Shown here: positions 38,364-53,079 of the stretch, piece after piece
How the letters are laid out: each line of letters starts with the position of its first letter
Numbering within the stretch: position 1 is the first letter of the stretch
Assembly: GCA_036785375.1 (NCBI GenBank)
Contig: JAWMAR010000283.1
Span: 124,001 to 188,000, forward strand
Source: Leucoraja ocellata
Lineage: Eukaryota
DNA: 64,000 nt
Direction: 5' to 3'
Notes under the pieces: generated by a model
Seen by the model: only the letters and a program-made list of their open reading frames with translations
Databases searched by the model: none
Told to the model about the DNA's origin: nothing
Made by a program: the position numbers and the translations under genes

Positions 38364-39639
38364 TTAAGATCAGTATTTGCGAAGTAGTGATTACAATGAT
38401 ATTGGATGTGTTATTCAAAAGAGAATTAATAGTCACTTGTTGCTACAGTATCTTCGTTAAAAAAAGTCAGAGCCATCCCTTGGACAGCAAAACAACCAAA
38501 CAACAATGTTGGCAACATTATCAGCACAATGATTCAATTTTACCAAGTGCCTTCAGGTCACACAAGACACTAGTGTACAATTAAGGCGGTTATTATAACC
38601 TTTTGTGACTTTCCTCGCTATATGTTCCTACTTGGCAAATTGTGTAGTTGCAGCTCAGAAGTCAGTAAATGGAATCCATGTGCTGTTTGCATCATCTCAA
38701 GTTCGAGATGTAGCAGATTGCAGTATAAACACACTGGAATATAAGTCACTGAACTCTAGTGTTCCTCTCATAGCAAATTGATAGCATAATTTTATTATGC
38801 TATGAACAATGACTACAGGGAATGTGCAAGATCTGCACAGCTCTACATATAATCCATTTGACTAAATGTAACACTTCCATTAGATGAGTGTATAATGAAA
38901 GCAGTACTGGATGCCAGCAAGGACTATAACATTTCAGTTTTCAGATCTTGTCAAAAGGGCACACAATAAATCATACATATAGCTTATTAAATGTCATAGG
39001 CAGGTGATCCAACAGGGAGGACAAGGGGGGTGCTTATATTGCAAGATGACTTCGCTGTCATGTGATATGTATTCTTCAGAGCGCTAAGGTCAGAAATCCT
39101 TCACATGGATTTTAATAAGCTCCTTATTACCGTCTTTCAATGCTAATTATTTGATATATCCTTTCGGTAACCATCTATTAATATTGAAGTGGTAGCCATA
39201 TTTTAACAATGATTGGGTAATAACAATCATTGTTCATTTTTATATAATTGATAATGTAATTCCACTGAAGAAGTGGGAAGATTCTACTGTTGGGGCAGAA
39301 TAAAAATCGAGAAAAATTTGGCTATTAATTTCCACTCGATTTTAATACGTTGTGAGGATAAAAAGGACCATTTTATTTTCATAATGAAATAAAGTGATTT
39401 CAAATTGCCAATGCAATAGCATACCCTTGTAGGAGATCACAAAATCCGATTAATTACAACATTAAGTATTAAAATTAGAATTTATTATAAATATCTAAAA
39501 TTTCTTAATGAAAGCCAAATTTAAAAGTAAATCAAACATTAATTAAAAATTATATAGTGGAGAAAGGTAATCTCGTAAGTTGAATTATCAACCAATATGT
39601 ATGCTGAACGAGGCACGTGAATATTGTGGCTCTATGGAC

Positions 39640-40275
39640 AGCTCGAAAGGTTGGTGTTCTGCAGTAAATGATTCCCCAATGCCTTTTCACCATATCCTGT
39701 CCACAAGTCAGGAGTGTAATGGATATTCTCCTCATGTCTGATTAACTTAGCCCCAACAACATTTAAGAAATGCAACATCCTCCAGGTCAAGACAGACCAT
39801 TTGATTGGCAACCTATCCATAACAGTCACTTCCTCCATCGCTAGTGTGCTGTGAATGAATGTACATCATCTGTAAGATACACTGACGCAACTCACCGCGC
39901 CTTCTGACACGGCACCACCCAAGTCTGCAGCATCTTCTAGCAACTAGAAGTACAAGGTCAACAAACACATAAAAACACCACCACCTCCAACTTGCCCAGC
40001 AAGTCACACACCATGTTTAGCGGGATATGAACCTTACCCAGGTAGGTGGGACTAGTGTAGATGGGGCATCTTGGTCGGCATGGGCAAGTTGGGCTAAAGG
40101 GCAAGTTGCCGTGCTCTGACTCTATGACCATCTTGACTTATGCAGCTTGGATCAATATTCTGTAACCTCCTTCCCAACAACTCTGGGAGCACCCTCACCA
40201 AACAGAACGCAATGATTCAAGTGGCTCAACATCACCTTTTCAAGGGCAATTAGGGATGGGCAAATATACAATAAA
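39640..40275 (+). mobile_element. Old CR1/L2-group LINE 3' portion with a nested tail fragment
   Basis: Remnant QVRSVMD.SP...APTTFKKCNILQ; tail caccttttcaagggcaattagggatgggcaa. Confidence 0.65.
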
Positions 40276-41764
40276 TTAATAAATAAAGGTCCTGTCTCTT
40301 GTGTCATGTCAGCACTATTTTAGGCCATTAGCAATTCTGTTAGTATTAACTGAGACAAATACAACTGCAAGCCTTTAAAAAAAAATCAGTTCATGATATG
40401 CAGTCACATATACACTCAATAATGTACAGCACGTAATCCAGAAAGATAAACTGAATCTGTACATTAATACAACATTTGGCATCTGTCATCATTCATCATA
40501 TAGGATAAGATAAATTTCACACCATATGTTGATTCTTGCCAAAAGCCACCACAATATTTTCCCATGAGTCACAACTGAATCCAAAGATGTTTTCACAACA
40601 ATCAGATAAACTTAAAGAAACAGTAATTTGACACTACAGAGGAAAACCTCAGTCTTCAGGTATCATGTGATTTCAAATCCCATACAGTACTACAATTCCT
40701 CTAAGTGAGAGTGCCCCAGAGAATTAAGTAAACCTTTCTTTCTAAATTTAGAACTGAAACGAAAGACAAAGCTAAAAATGCTGTTCATTGTACATAAAGT
40801 AGCCTTTTATCTTGCTATTTATCATTGCCCAGGAACATTTGCAACATTTCTAATCACTTTATCCCGAATATTGTCTAATATTCTTTTTTTTTTATTATTG
40901 CCTCTAGCAAATGAAATTAAGTAAATGGTAAGGAATCGCAAACACGTTTCCTGCTGATGGGAATGATGCGCCACTTGCTGTATCAAAACAGAGCTTCCTC
41001 CTGACCTCTCCAAGCCTTGATTGTGCTGCTGAGACAAAGGAATGATTCAGCATGCCCTTTCATGTGGCTGCCTCAAACTAACAGCGTCAGACCACTGGCA
41101 CTGACCATTAATTTGCTGATATCAAAGAGGAAAATTCTACAAATTAATTGGGGCACTTCTGCAAAACACCCTTCTACTTGGGAAACAAGAACTTAATTTG
41201 ACTGATTTTGGTTGAAGCTATTTATGAATCCTTTCCCATTTTTAATAGTGTGCAGTCCCTGCACTTTACGATGTCTAATGGGACTATGATCTGGCACTTG
41301 GTACCCCATGTCGAGTGTTTACAAACATAAATCCTAGCGTCCCCTTCGACTCGGTGCTGTATATCTAATTCTTGCTTCAAAATTGACAATGTCAGCTGAT
41401 CGCTCTGAAGCTTTTGATGTTTGGGTGGCTGAGCTCTTAACGTTGTCATTTCTTTAGGAAACATTAAATTATTAAGTTGGAACAAAATGTACCATATCTA
41501 GCATAACATAAACTGGCAAAATTAAAATATTTAACTGACGTAGCAGCTTTAAATGTTATCTAACTCACTGGCTTCACGATACCCTTTCAAAGAAGGATAC
41601 AAATATTGTACTTCACAAAATGTGTTATTCTGATATAAAACAACTTGGTAATTTTTTGATCTTCAATACAGCAGTTTATTTCTGCATAAGTCAGCCTGAC
41701 AGAATGTGGGCAACTCAATTTTCTGCACTGTAGCTAGGCACATTGCCTTTTACGTAGTGCTAGC

Positions 41765-42023
41765 NNNNNNNNNNNNNNNNNNNNNNNNNNNNNNNNNNNN
41801 NNNNNNNNNNNNNNNNNNNNNNNNNNNNNNNNNNNNNNNNNNNNNNNNNNNNNNNNNNNNNNNNNNNNNNNNNNNNNNNNNNNNNNNNNNNNNNNNNNNN
41901 NNNNNNNNNNNNNNNNNNNNNNNNNNNNNNNNNNNNNNNNNNNNNNNNNNNNNNNNNNNNNNNNNNNNNNNNNNNNNNNNNNNNNNNNNNNNNNNNNNNN
42001 NNNNNNNNNNNNNNNNNNNNNNN
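41765..42023. other. Assembly gap (259 N)
   Basis: Run of N. Confidence 1.
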
Positions 42024-42754
42024 CAGCCACGGAGTCCGATAAACCTAAAAGCTTCGTTAATGTCTGCCTGCCTGTATCCCATAGATAGAGCACTTTGTAA
42101 ATGAACCTGCTTTGATAAATATATTAAGGAAAGCTGCGAATAAAAGGAAAGTCTTCTCATTTGTAAATACAACCTCTGCTACATGGAATTATAATGATAA
42201 AATGGGGTTCCATGTAATTAAGTTTGTATAAGACCTGAAATCCGTGCAAATACCTTCCCTGAATTTTGAAAGGAAACTGTCAGTTCAATTAATCTGAACA
42301 TCACCCGAGAATGTACTGAACAAAATTAAGCTGCAGATAAAGCCCGGGCCAGTATTTTGATAAGTAATTCCTGTATCATTTCTTTGGTACTGTGATCATT
42401 TCATTTAATCCAACCTCCCCACATCTCCCCCACTCCCATTCAAAGTTACGTGTTAAGCCATCTACAAAGGGACAACTAGTATTACTACTGTGGCAGTAAT
42501 CCATCATATCGCACATGTAAAATGGGAAAAAAAGTATACTTTTTTTTTTAAATGATCAAAAAGGAAAATCAATATCCCATTCTAAATATGGTTCTGAAAT
42601 GGGACAATGCAAAACCTTCTATCCAGGCCGCCACAACCAAAGTTGCATGTTTGCGTGTTAAATAGTTTCGTATCACCCAAAAATAATAAGGGGGCTCGTT
42701 ACAAAACATAGCACCTTTCCATAGAGAGAAAGCATAGGAGAGATAAGTCACTCA

Positions 42755-42970
<216 letters not shown>

Positions 42971-45004
42971 CTAATATGGATTTTTTTTTAAAATGAAATA
43001 AATTATTTTGATTGCTGGGTGTTGACACGTTTTTGGATCAGCCTCCAGCCCTTTTGAAAGCCATGTAATTGCAGGAGGTTTTCCTCATCTTACCTTGTCC
43101 ATATTAGTAATGACCCCTTGCTACTACTAAACCACTAATAGTTTCAGCAGCAGCGAATGAAATGAATAGGATGAATCTAAATTCACAGTTGGTAATTTGC
43201 ATTGTATAAGGCTTCCATAGCCTCTTGGACAGCCCTTGGTCATCAATCCTTGGCTGTCAGTTGCTGCACTCTGCCACAGTGATAGATATGCTTCCTAACA
43301 CCAGAATTCATCCAAACAATGCGATTGTCCTTTATTTTACACTTATTAATGAAGATAATGGCTCAAAAAAAGTACAAGGATATTTTTCTGTGGTAAGAGT
43401 AGGGAGGGAACTCAAAAGGCTTACATCATAATTTGTGAATGGTTAAACTGCATGTTTTGGAATCATTTCTTAGTAAACCTCTAGTGGCTCAAGTTTGCAG
43501 CCTCAAACATACTGGTTATTACGTGTTGTCAAAATATGCATTTCCCCTTTCCATCTAATCCATCAATATTAGTTCTTGCTGCAATGGAGCCAGTATGGAT
43601 GACAATGAAGTGTCGCTATGAAACCAAGACTGGTGATTGTAGGAGAAGCAAGGCATCGTCAGGTAATGCAGTTCTGCTATGCATATGGCCATTTGAAATC
43701 TCTAATCCAGTCATTTCTGGCATAGCCATCCTGTAGCAATTGAGGTCTCCCAGTGGAATACATGCTAGAATATAGCAACAATGATGATGGATCACTTCAT
43801 CACTGTGGAACCAGACTGTGGTGAATTAAGGACACAGGTCGTAGGTTTGGCTGTCCTGAAACCACTCTGTACTGATGAAGCTTTCACAGAGGTGTAAAAT
43901 GGTAGCTACTCAGAGTATGACATTTTTCTTTTAACCAGATATTAATTTTCATCTTTCCTGCTAAAAATTAAAATCTCTACGCCTTAAGTCATTTCGCCAG
44001 CAATAGTTACAAATGATTTTTGCTCTAAATACATTCTATTGGATTCCACATTGGAATTTTTTTTGCACAAGATTAATTGTATAGTCAATGTAAGCTGCAC
44101 TGAATGTGGATCTAAGTGTTACTACTTCCTGACAACAGCCAAAACAGGCAGGAATGCATGACTCACTTGGGCTCACAGACATGTACTACTAAACATGGAG
44201 AGAGAGCAAAGCACAGGCATTCAGACTGCAGCAAATGGCTCTACTTGCTCGCTGCCTTACCAGGGCTACAGGCCGCACAATGACAATAATGGAAGCTCCA
44301 GCGAAAGGCCATCGTGACGGCGTGTCTGGAGAAATGAAACAGTTATCATTTCTTACACTTCAAAGGTCGGGATCATAAGCCAGTGGCTGTGTAATGTTAC
44401 TGTGAACAGGGTTCCCCCACAGAAACCAGTCGCTGCCCCCTCAACAATAGCTGGCTTTCGCTGCTTCTTTTCTCTGGCTTCCAGCCAGGTGCCGGTTTGG
44501 TACACCATTAATTTATGTTCAGTGAATTGATGCGGGTCTAGAGAAATGTTTTTTCATCAATTTACCTTCCAAGTTGAAACTGCGTCCTGCCAGGTTTTGA
44601 GTTGATAATGTTAAAGGCATTATATTGAAGTCAAACGTGAAGTTGAGGTAAGTTTTGTTGTTTCAAAAAGGTGCTAATGCATGTATAATGTGATGATATT
44701 CAAATACCCACTTATTTCCCTAACATGCATCTCTCACAAAGGAGATTAATTTTACTTAATGTGGGTGTTAATTTATAAATTATCATAAATTCATGGAAAT
44801 AAACAGAGATAGCCCTCTGACTAAACATCAACGCCAATACAATGGGCTGTGCATGCATTGTAAACCAGAGTGTCGGCAGAGTCAAATCTAGATACATCAG
44901 ACAAACCCGACGTCACACATGCACAAAGAAATCGGCCTTACATCATGGGTAGTTTATTCCATAAAATAATCACAACTTTTCACTGTAAACTTGAACAGGA
45001 TTGT

Positions 45005-45352
45005 GCCTGGATAGTGGAGTGGATGTTTCCACTAGTGGGACAGTCTAGGACCAGAGGCCATGACCTCCAAATAAATGGACGTACCGTTAGAAAGGAGAGA
45101 CGGAATTTCTTTAGTCAGAGGGTGGTTGGTAAATCTGTGGAATTCATTGCCACAGAAGGCTGTGGAGGCCAAGTCAATGGATATTATTAGGTGGAGATTG
45201 ACATTCTTGATTACAAAGGTTATCAGGGGTTATAGGAAGAAGGCTGGAGAATGTGGTTGAGAGGGAAAGATAGGTCAGCCATGATTGAATGGCAGAGCAG
45301 ATCTGATGGACCGAATGGCCTAATTCTGCTCCTATAACTTAGGAACTTATGA
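45005..45352 (+). mobile_element. CR1-type LINE 3' end
   Basis: ORF remnants MFPLVGQSRTRGHDLQING...RRNFFSQRVV and VNLWNSLPQKAVEAKSM. Confidence 0.85.
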
Positions 45353-46655
45353 AAAAAAATGCATAACATGAAAACATTGGCAGAATTAAATTTAATGAAT
45401 GCTGAAAATTTCCCTACAATATTCACAAATAATCGTACTTGTAGTTTGTTAGCATGCTTGGACACAAACCCAGATAAAGATTAAAATACCGTGTGCATAA
45501 TTGATTACAACCAAATTACCTTGTGTCCCAGTTACACCGCATGTTTGATGTTCATATGGTTAGATTTTTCACACCATACCAATATGAACTATGCGGTGGA
45601 ACGTTGCCAATTTTGCAGAAACTGCTAATTCAGTATCAGTAGCAAATTCACTGGAGCAACGACAGAACAAATGGAGGGTGTAACCGTAACTGTTCCTTAC
45701 AACCATGTTTAAATTCTGCTCCACTTACGCAGTTTGACAGAGACCACTACGTTAAGCGCCATTCTCTACACAAGATGGAATGAAAGGTGCAAGGAAAGAT
45801 TATCCACAGGAGTAAAAAAAAATAGACCAATTTAAACCACCTACTGCTCCTCACTTTAAACAAAACTGCTAAAAAGCACTCAATAGAAAGAATCAGCATA
45901 ATTGATCCCAAGCACTGATGACCAGAGATGACAGTTCCATCCTGTCCCCTAAATTACTGGATCACTGTAGCCAGAATTTATGGGAGTCAGACAGTGGACC
46001 TCACATAGCTCACATATTAGACCATTAGGCATCTAACTACCTCTGAACAATTTCAATGCATTATCTCTCTTTCTCCCTGGGGCACAAACTTCACTCTTCC
46101 ATACTTTTAATATATTTTGTCGGCACGAAGCAGATCGAGTTATTACATGCCAGCAGAACGCAGCAAACACTAGTACCCTGGCTGTGTGTGCTGCAGTTGT
46201 GGTCTCAGCATATCCATGGACTGTAAAATAGGATAAATACTCACACAGTAAACTTTATCTCGCGATGATCGGTATACTCCAGAGCTAGAATTTGATTTGT
46301 TTTCACACTGACCATAGATCAATCTCTTTCCTAGAAAGAGGGCTCATTATTTTTGTTTACAAGTCATGCGCACAAAAATCCACTTATCTTAATTTCATAG
46401 AAAAGCCTGCAGAAACCACAAGTAGATGAGTGGTTTCCACATGAATTATCTCAAGTCAGTGGTTACAAGGCGTCCCATTAAAAATCTTTGCATACAGCTC
46501 GTGAAAGAAAGAATCCAGTCAGACGACGGAACAATGGACTGTCAACAGAAAAGGATTGACACATCACTACCGAGCCAAGAAGTAGTTATTGGTGGATAGT
46601 TTGCCTCCCAAGATGGGAGATAGGGCCATCCAGGAAAGGAAGAGAAGTGTGTAGC

Positions 46656-47050
46656 AAACATAGAAACTTAGAAAATAGGTGCAGGAGTAGGCCATTCGGC
46701 CCTTCGAGCCTGCACCGCCATTCAATATGATCATGGCTGATCATCCAACTCAGTATCCTGTACCTGCCTTCTCTCCATACCCCCTGATCCCTTTAGCCAC
46801 AAGGGCCACATCTAACTCCCTCTTAAATATAGCCAATGACTGGCCTCAACTACCTTCTGTGGCAGAGAATTCCAGAGATTCACTGCTCTCTGTGTGCAAA
46901 ATGTTTTTCTCATCTCGGTCCTAAAAGATGTCCACCTTATCCTTAAACTGTGACCCCTTGTTCTGGACTTCCCCAACATCGGGAACAAACTTCCTGCATC
47001 TAGCCTGTCCAACCTCTTAAGAATTTTGTAAGTTTCTATAAGATCCCCCC
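46656..47050 (-). mobile_element. Young CR1 LINE 3' end
   Basis: ORF 46812..47012 DRLDAGSLFPMLGKSRTRGHSLRIR...VNLWNSLPQKVVEA; short-repeat tail. Confidence 0.9.
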
Positions 47051-47186
47051 TGCAGATGCTGGTTTACACTGAAGATAGACACAAAATGCTGGGGTAACTC
47101 AGCGGGACAGGCAGCATCTCTGGAGAGAAGGAATGGGTGATGTTTCGGGTCGAGACCCTTCTTCAGCATTTTGTGTCTATCTTCAA
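47051..47186 (-). mobile_element. Penelope-derived arm with hammerhead-like core
   Basis: Minus strand reads CTGAAGAAGGGTCTCGACCCGAAACATC at about 47139-47166. Confidence 0.7.
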
Positions 47187-47289
47187 AGGAAGGTAAGCGT
47201 TAGAGATAGTTCAGGTGAATTTGAGAGAAAGGGTGGAAGTTGGTGCTAGATGATAAAACTTGATGAGAATGCAGCACCAATGGAGTGAA

Positions 47290-47534
47290 AAGGAGTTGTC
47301 CATGTGACTACAGGCTCCGTCTGTACGGATTTGTATGTTTTCCCCGTGACTCACGTGGGTTTTCTCCAGGATCGCTAGTTTCCACCCACACTCCAAAAAC
47401 GCCCTCGTTTGTAGGTTAATTGGCTTGGTATAATTGTAAATTGTCCCTAGTGTGTGTAGGATAGCATTAGGGTGTAGGGATTGCAGGTTGGTAGGCCGAA
47501 GGGCCTGTATCCGCGCTGTATCTCTAAACTAAAC
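47290..47534 (+). mobile_element. HE1-type V-SINE (5' truncated)
   Basis: V-domain and tail ...gtatctctaaactaaac. Confidence 0.8.
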
Positions 47535-48406
47535 ATCTCTAACAATCGAACCAGCATCTGCAGCCTCTTGTGAAGAAGTCCATCAAATCAAATTGAAGAA
47601 AGTTATGAATTATAAATGATTAAATCATGGTATCAGGATTGATTGTTTTTTAGGGGAAGAGATGCAGAGAGAAACTAAAGAGGTAATTTGGATAATTCTT
47701 CAACATTAATTTAACGCGGCAATTAGTTCAACTTGGCATCATGTTCCGCATGGCCACTGTGGACCAAAGGGTCTGTTCCTTTGCTGTACTGTTCTATGAG
47801 AGGTGCAGTGTAAATGCTGGTGGTATTTGCCAAGACAACAATGATATAATACACCATGAATACTGGCAGGGAGCATTTGTGCTGAATGACCTAATCTATG
47901 TTGCACATTCAAAGTTCTGGGATTGAGGGAGTCCAATTTGAATCTGCGAATTACAGAGTGTGGTAAATGCACTGATACTTAAAAACTTGGCTGAAAAAAA
48001 TTATATAAAGCTCACTCCAGTTCTTCTGGCCAAAATGTTGGCAAACAGGGATGAACGAGCTGAAATTGGCAATAAAAGTGCAGCAAGAGATCATGTTTAA
48101 GTCGAAGAACTGGGGGAGGGAGTCAGTATCGAATCTAAATTCAGCAGGATTTAGCCAAATATAGACCATTCCAATCTTTAACTATAATGTGAACTCACTA
48201 ATACCTGGCATGCACTTGTACCTGGAATGTACAAATTTGTTCTTAGCAGAAGGGCTTGAAAACCCTTTTTCTATAGTCGTAGCCACTGCACAAAAAAAGC
48301 ACAATGCTGGAATGTTAAAGACTAAATATCCCCCAACGTGAGAAATGACAAAATGGTGATGATAAGCTTTATCCGGTTGTTGGGGAGGATGGTGGTTCCT
48401 TATATA

Positions 48407-48701
48407 AGGGATAAAGGGGAAATCCTTTAAAACCGAGATGAGAAGAACTTTTTTCACACAGAGAGTGGTGAATCTCTGGAACTCTCTGCCACAGAGGGTA
48501 GTTGAGGCCAGTTCATTGGCTATATTTAAGAGGGAGTTAGATGTGGCCCTTGTGGCTAAGGGGATTAGGGGGTATGGAGAGAAGGCAGGTATGGGATACT
48601 GAGTTGGATGATCAGCCATGATCATATTGAATGGCGGTGCAGGCTCGAAGGGCCGAATGGCCTACTCCTGCACCTAATTTCTATGTTTCTATGTTTCTAT
48701 G
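48407..48701 (+). mobile_element. Young CR1 LINE 3' end with 7-bp TSD
   Basis: Close inverted copy of 46656-46945; (TTCTATGT)n tail; TTATATA at 48400-48406 and 48702-48708. Confidence 0.9.
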
Positions 48702-49261
48702 TTATATATTGGGACTGGAATTATACTGAAGTATCACAGGAGAGAGGTACTGGGCAGTGAGAACGGAGGCACTGTAGAGGGAAAGAACACACAAGGAAGT
48801 CTGGATCAAGGAGACTGTAATGGATAGCAGCCAGAAGCGTAGAGATATCTTGAGAGAGGCACAGTTGAAAGGCGGCCTGGGAGTTGATTGAGAGAAGTGC
48901 TGGTGATTGCGATGAGGAGCTTTAGACAATGTTAAAACTCGCCACAGATTGCAGGAATTCCAGACGCAATTTATTGCCGAAACTGTTTTAAATCTACGTC
49001 AAATCATCCTGGTTCAAAAGCTTCAAGCTTGTGACACTCGTCTCCGGTAATGAATCCCAAAGCTTGTCAACAGTAAAGCAGAATTCAGAAAAAAAGCATA
49101 AAAGTAATAGCAAATAACAATCCCAGTAATCAGTAGAATATGTGAAATTTAATCCCAAATTCCGATAATCACAACATGAATTTGGGATTGCAACTTCTGG
49201 GTGCCAATACAATGGCACCGTTTATATGACTGCACTGCACAATATTATAACAACTTAATTT

Positions 49262-49543
49262 TAGTTAGTTCCATTTAGAGATACAGCATGGAAACAGGCT
49301 GTTCGGCCCACTGAATCCGCACCAACCACCGACTAACGATACACTAGTTCTATCCAACACACGAGGGACACTTTAAAGAAGCAAATTAACCTATAACCTG
49401 CAGGTTTTTAGAGTATGTGAGGAAACCGGAGCATGCAGAGAAAACAGAGACAACATCCAAACTCCGTACAGACAGCACCCGTGGTCAGGATCGTACCTGG
49501 GTCTCCGCCGCTGTATGGCAACATCTTTGCCACTGTGCTGCCC
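49262..49543 (-). mobile_element. HE1-type V-SINE
   Basis: Similar to the other copies. Confidence 0.85.
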
Positions 49544-51964
49544 TTTAGCACTACAACTTTAGGAACAGTACTGAAGAAAGTGGATCTGATCACTAGTAAT
49601 AAACATCCTCATAAAATGCAGCTTTTATGTTTGGTATCATTATGTTTGGTGGAAATGCAATGCTTGTTCTTGTGCTAAATGGGAACTATTTAGCATCAGT
49701 GGAGGAGTGGGAGTTGGACTAGTGTGCAATGAAAATTTGTATTCTTGGGCGCTGGTACATGTGATCCTAAGGAGACTCATGAAAGAGATGCACATAAGCC
49801 AAAGTCCTTAGATACAGAAGGATTAAATTTCAGAAGATTATGTTTCTATTGGGGATATCAAGATTTAAAAGCCTAGAATGATCCAACCATTTATCATAGC
49901 TGTGTAGCTATAAAGCTAACGACCTTTTCTACATCAAACGCTAACTTCAACTGCATGTGAAAAGTCAGCACACAGACTGGACAAGCTGCTTAGCACCCTA
50001 CTGACGGAGCAATTCTCAAGTAAACCCAGGAGACACTGCATTTAAATCAGAATGAACCTTACGTACTGCATTCTCTGTGGATCTATAAACATAAATGGTA
50101 ATTTAGATAAGGGTTAGCCAGCTAAAACAAATGTAATTTTGTATAAACTCAATTTGTATTTTAAGTGCACTTCAGTATTAAAGAAACGGCTCACCAACTG
50201 TTATTCCGACCACATAAAAGCTACTAAAAGGAATAAGAAACAAAATATTTTTGAACGTGCATGCAGAACATATATTTCAGTTCTTACCTATTATCGCTGA
50301 CCTGAACTAACAGCATTTGCTTCTTTTCTTTCACTAGTGGTTTTCCCAGTCTGGCCTAACAGGAAGTCTAAAGTGATCCTGACTCCTCCCAGGAGGCTGT
50401 TCATCAGCTAGCTCAGCTTACAGCAATAAAAAAATTGGTAATGTGCAAGAGTAATTGGTAATGCACATTGGTTTCTATCAAATTATCTTTTATTACAAAA
50501 GATAATAAAAGAGCAACTGTCCTACCACATCGTGGCGAAGGCTACTGATCTTTTATGTCTCCTTGGCATTAGCATGACAATACTCATGTTCAACCATTGT
50601 AATCATTACCAATTCCAGTAATGCTGACTAAATTGTTGCGCACACCAGCGGGTCATTAGCCTTTGAGCTGGATATATAATAGGTCTGAAACAGATTTGAT
50701 AAACCCCAAGTTCTTTCTTGCTGACAAGTGTCTTCATTCTTTTCAACAACTCTCAGAGCCGTACAGGAAGAATGGAGGGGTAGGCGCGAACTGAAGCAGC
50801 CCTGAAAGCTTAGTAGGCATATGCTGAATTGCTGTCGACTAACAGTGGAAGACAGCTGTTGGTTTTTACTTGGCATCAGAATAATTAATGAAGTAATCAA
50901 GCTATCAACTGCATGCTTTGACCAGCAGGCATTACCTTAACTAATGCCTTCAAACTAGGCACCAGTTGTAACTGCTACCAGGGAGAATAATCCTTTTTTT
51001 TAAATATTAGAGAGTAAAGGAAACTCAATTGCCTCAAACTGTTACCCCTGTTTCCTCTGCTGTCTGTCTGCTGTGTTGAACAGCATTTATTGTGCTCTTA
51101 ATAGTGAAGGATTATTGGGATGAAGTGGTGGTGAGGCCACGACAGGATTTTCAGCATTCTTAGATCTGTTCCTCTTGCTTGAGCCAATGTCTGACCTGGC
51201 TGTTACTAATATTCATGTCTAGTTGATCCAAAAAGCTGCATATAATCTTCCTCTCCCTAATTCACATCGACACATTCGTTATTCAAATCTGCACATTCCG
51301 TCAGCACTGCTGTAACAGTTTTAAATCTGTGTGCTGAAGATATTTTCCAATGCATCTTTTAACCATTATCCTTTTAATAACCAAATCTAGTCTAAATCAG
51401 ATGCTAATCTGATCTATCAGTCTTCAGAAAGATGCTGCATGGCCAAGGGAACTACGATTTGTGATGTGCAAGGTTGTGATCCTACTTGCTCAGGTTTCAG
51501 ATTAGTTAATTGTCATATACGCCAGGGTGTGCAATGACATTCTTTGTACACATGAAGATCACAGTTAACAGTATACATAGATGTAATGATCAATACAACA
51601 ATGACGCGTACAAAACAGCAGAATGGGGCAAGATTGTAGTGCAAAAACTAAGTAGAGAACAAGAATATTAAAACTACAAAACGTAATACCTGAATGAGGT
51701 TGAGGTAAGAGTGGGTGGGCTGAAGGGCCGATTCCTATGCTGTATCTCTAAAGTCTAATTCTGTACTCAGTTCCTAGTGCAATCAAGGCAGTTTGTAATT
51801 TCAAGTTTACATTGGAAACAAGCCGGCGATGGCGGCAGTGCTTACCCAGAAGATCACGCACCGCAGAAATTGCCCCAGATACAGCTGAGACAGTTAATAC
51901 TACTGGTGAGTTATTTCAGGCAGGGGATAAGGGTGGGGGGGGGGGGGGGGGGGGGGGGGGGGTG

Positions 51965-52055
51965 ATTCCGACACGTTAAATCTGATTTACGTTCAATCTG
52001 ATTAACGTAAGGGTTCACAGAACGTGACCCTTTTGTAAGTCGGGAAGTGCCTGTA
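51965..52055. mobile_element. Possible Tc1/mariner (Tigger-like) terminal fragment
   Basis: Ends gtaagtcgggaagtgcctg+TA, resembling a Tigger TIR; no partner end found. Confidence 0.4.
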
Positions 52056-53079
52056 GATGGTCACACCTCTGGAAATGGGGAGTGAAAGAGGCGATTGGTT
52101 CACAAGTCGGATAGCGGTGGGAAAGAAGCTGTTCTTAAGTTGAGGCATCTGAGCTTTTCAGCTCCAAGTGCATTGTCTGCGGTCAGTAAGAGGGTTTCTT
52201 TGTACCAAAGGCTAAAACTGAACTATGTGGGCTGGCGTGCATCAAAAACAAATCTTCAGCTGAGCCAGGAATGGGACGTAGCAAGCGCGGAGACGCAAAT
52301 CCGGCAGCCAAGTCTGGTTGACATTTGAACTTAGGCTTCCCCTCAGGGGCGAGTTTTCCAGTTCTTGGCCAGCAGTCTGCAAAAGGGAAGTAAAACTACT
52401 TGGGCTTGGCATTGCTCAAGGGTGCCTCCAGGTAAATCAACTAAGGAGAGAAACTGACAGCATCTGTTTGCAGCATTTTATCCTCCACGCTCATATAGAA
52501 GGTGAAAAGGAGGTAGAAAAGATATTTATTTTACTGGAAATAATGCTGGGTTTTTTCTGTTCCAAAATATGCCATATTTTTCACAAATCGTATAGTTGTG
52601 ATCGTTAAAGAACAGGGAGAGGTTCACATGAGGTCTCGTAGAAGGATTTCACTATACAGCACAGAAAAATCTGCTTGTTATGTAAGTTATCAGATTTAAT
52701 TTGAAAATAAAGGCAGAGCCTAGGCCTGATAAAAGCCAGAGCAGCTTTTTTCTGCTTTTCACTGCTTTGTGTGACCCTGCCTACTTGGTGCTGTAATAGG
52801 ATATCATAGAGATTCTCCCCTGGAATTGGCAATCATCACCTGAAAAGCAATTCTGTTGACTCTGGGAAGCACTTCAGTGGCTAAGGAAGTTTAGCACTCT
52901 CTCTAGCGCACACACATGCACACATAGAAATCTATTTACCCACCTGCACAAAATATACAGACACACACAAAATGCACACATGCTCACACAGCACGCTCAG
53001 CAGCACAAGCTGACACGCGCAGGAAAATACGCAGCCACATGCATGTGTTCATACACACAACCCAGAAGCATGTAAGCGC

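Noticed and set aside
41706-42172. Long ORFs spanning the first gap (and 60406-61115 at the second gap)
   Set aside because: Length is an artefact of N runs translated as X.
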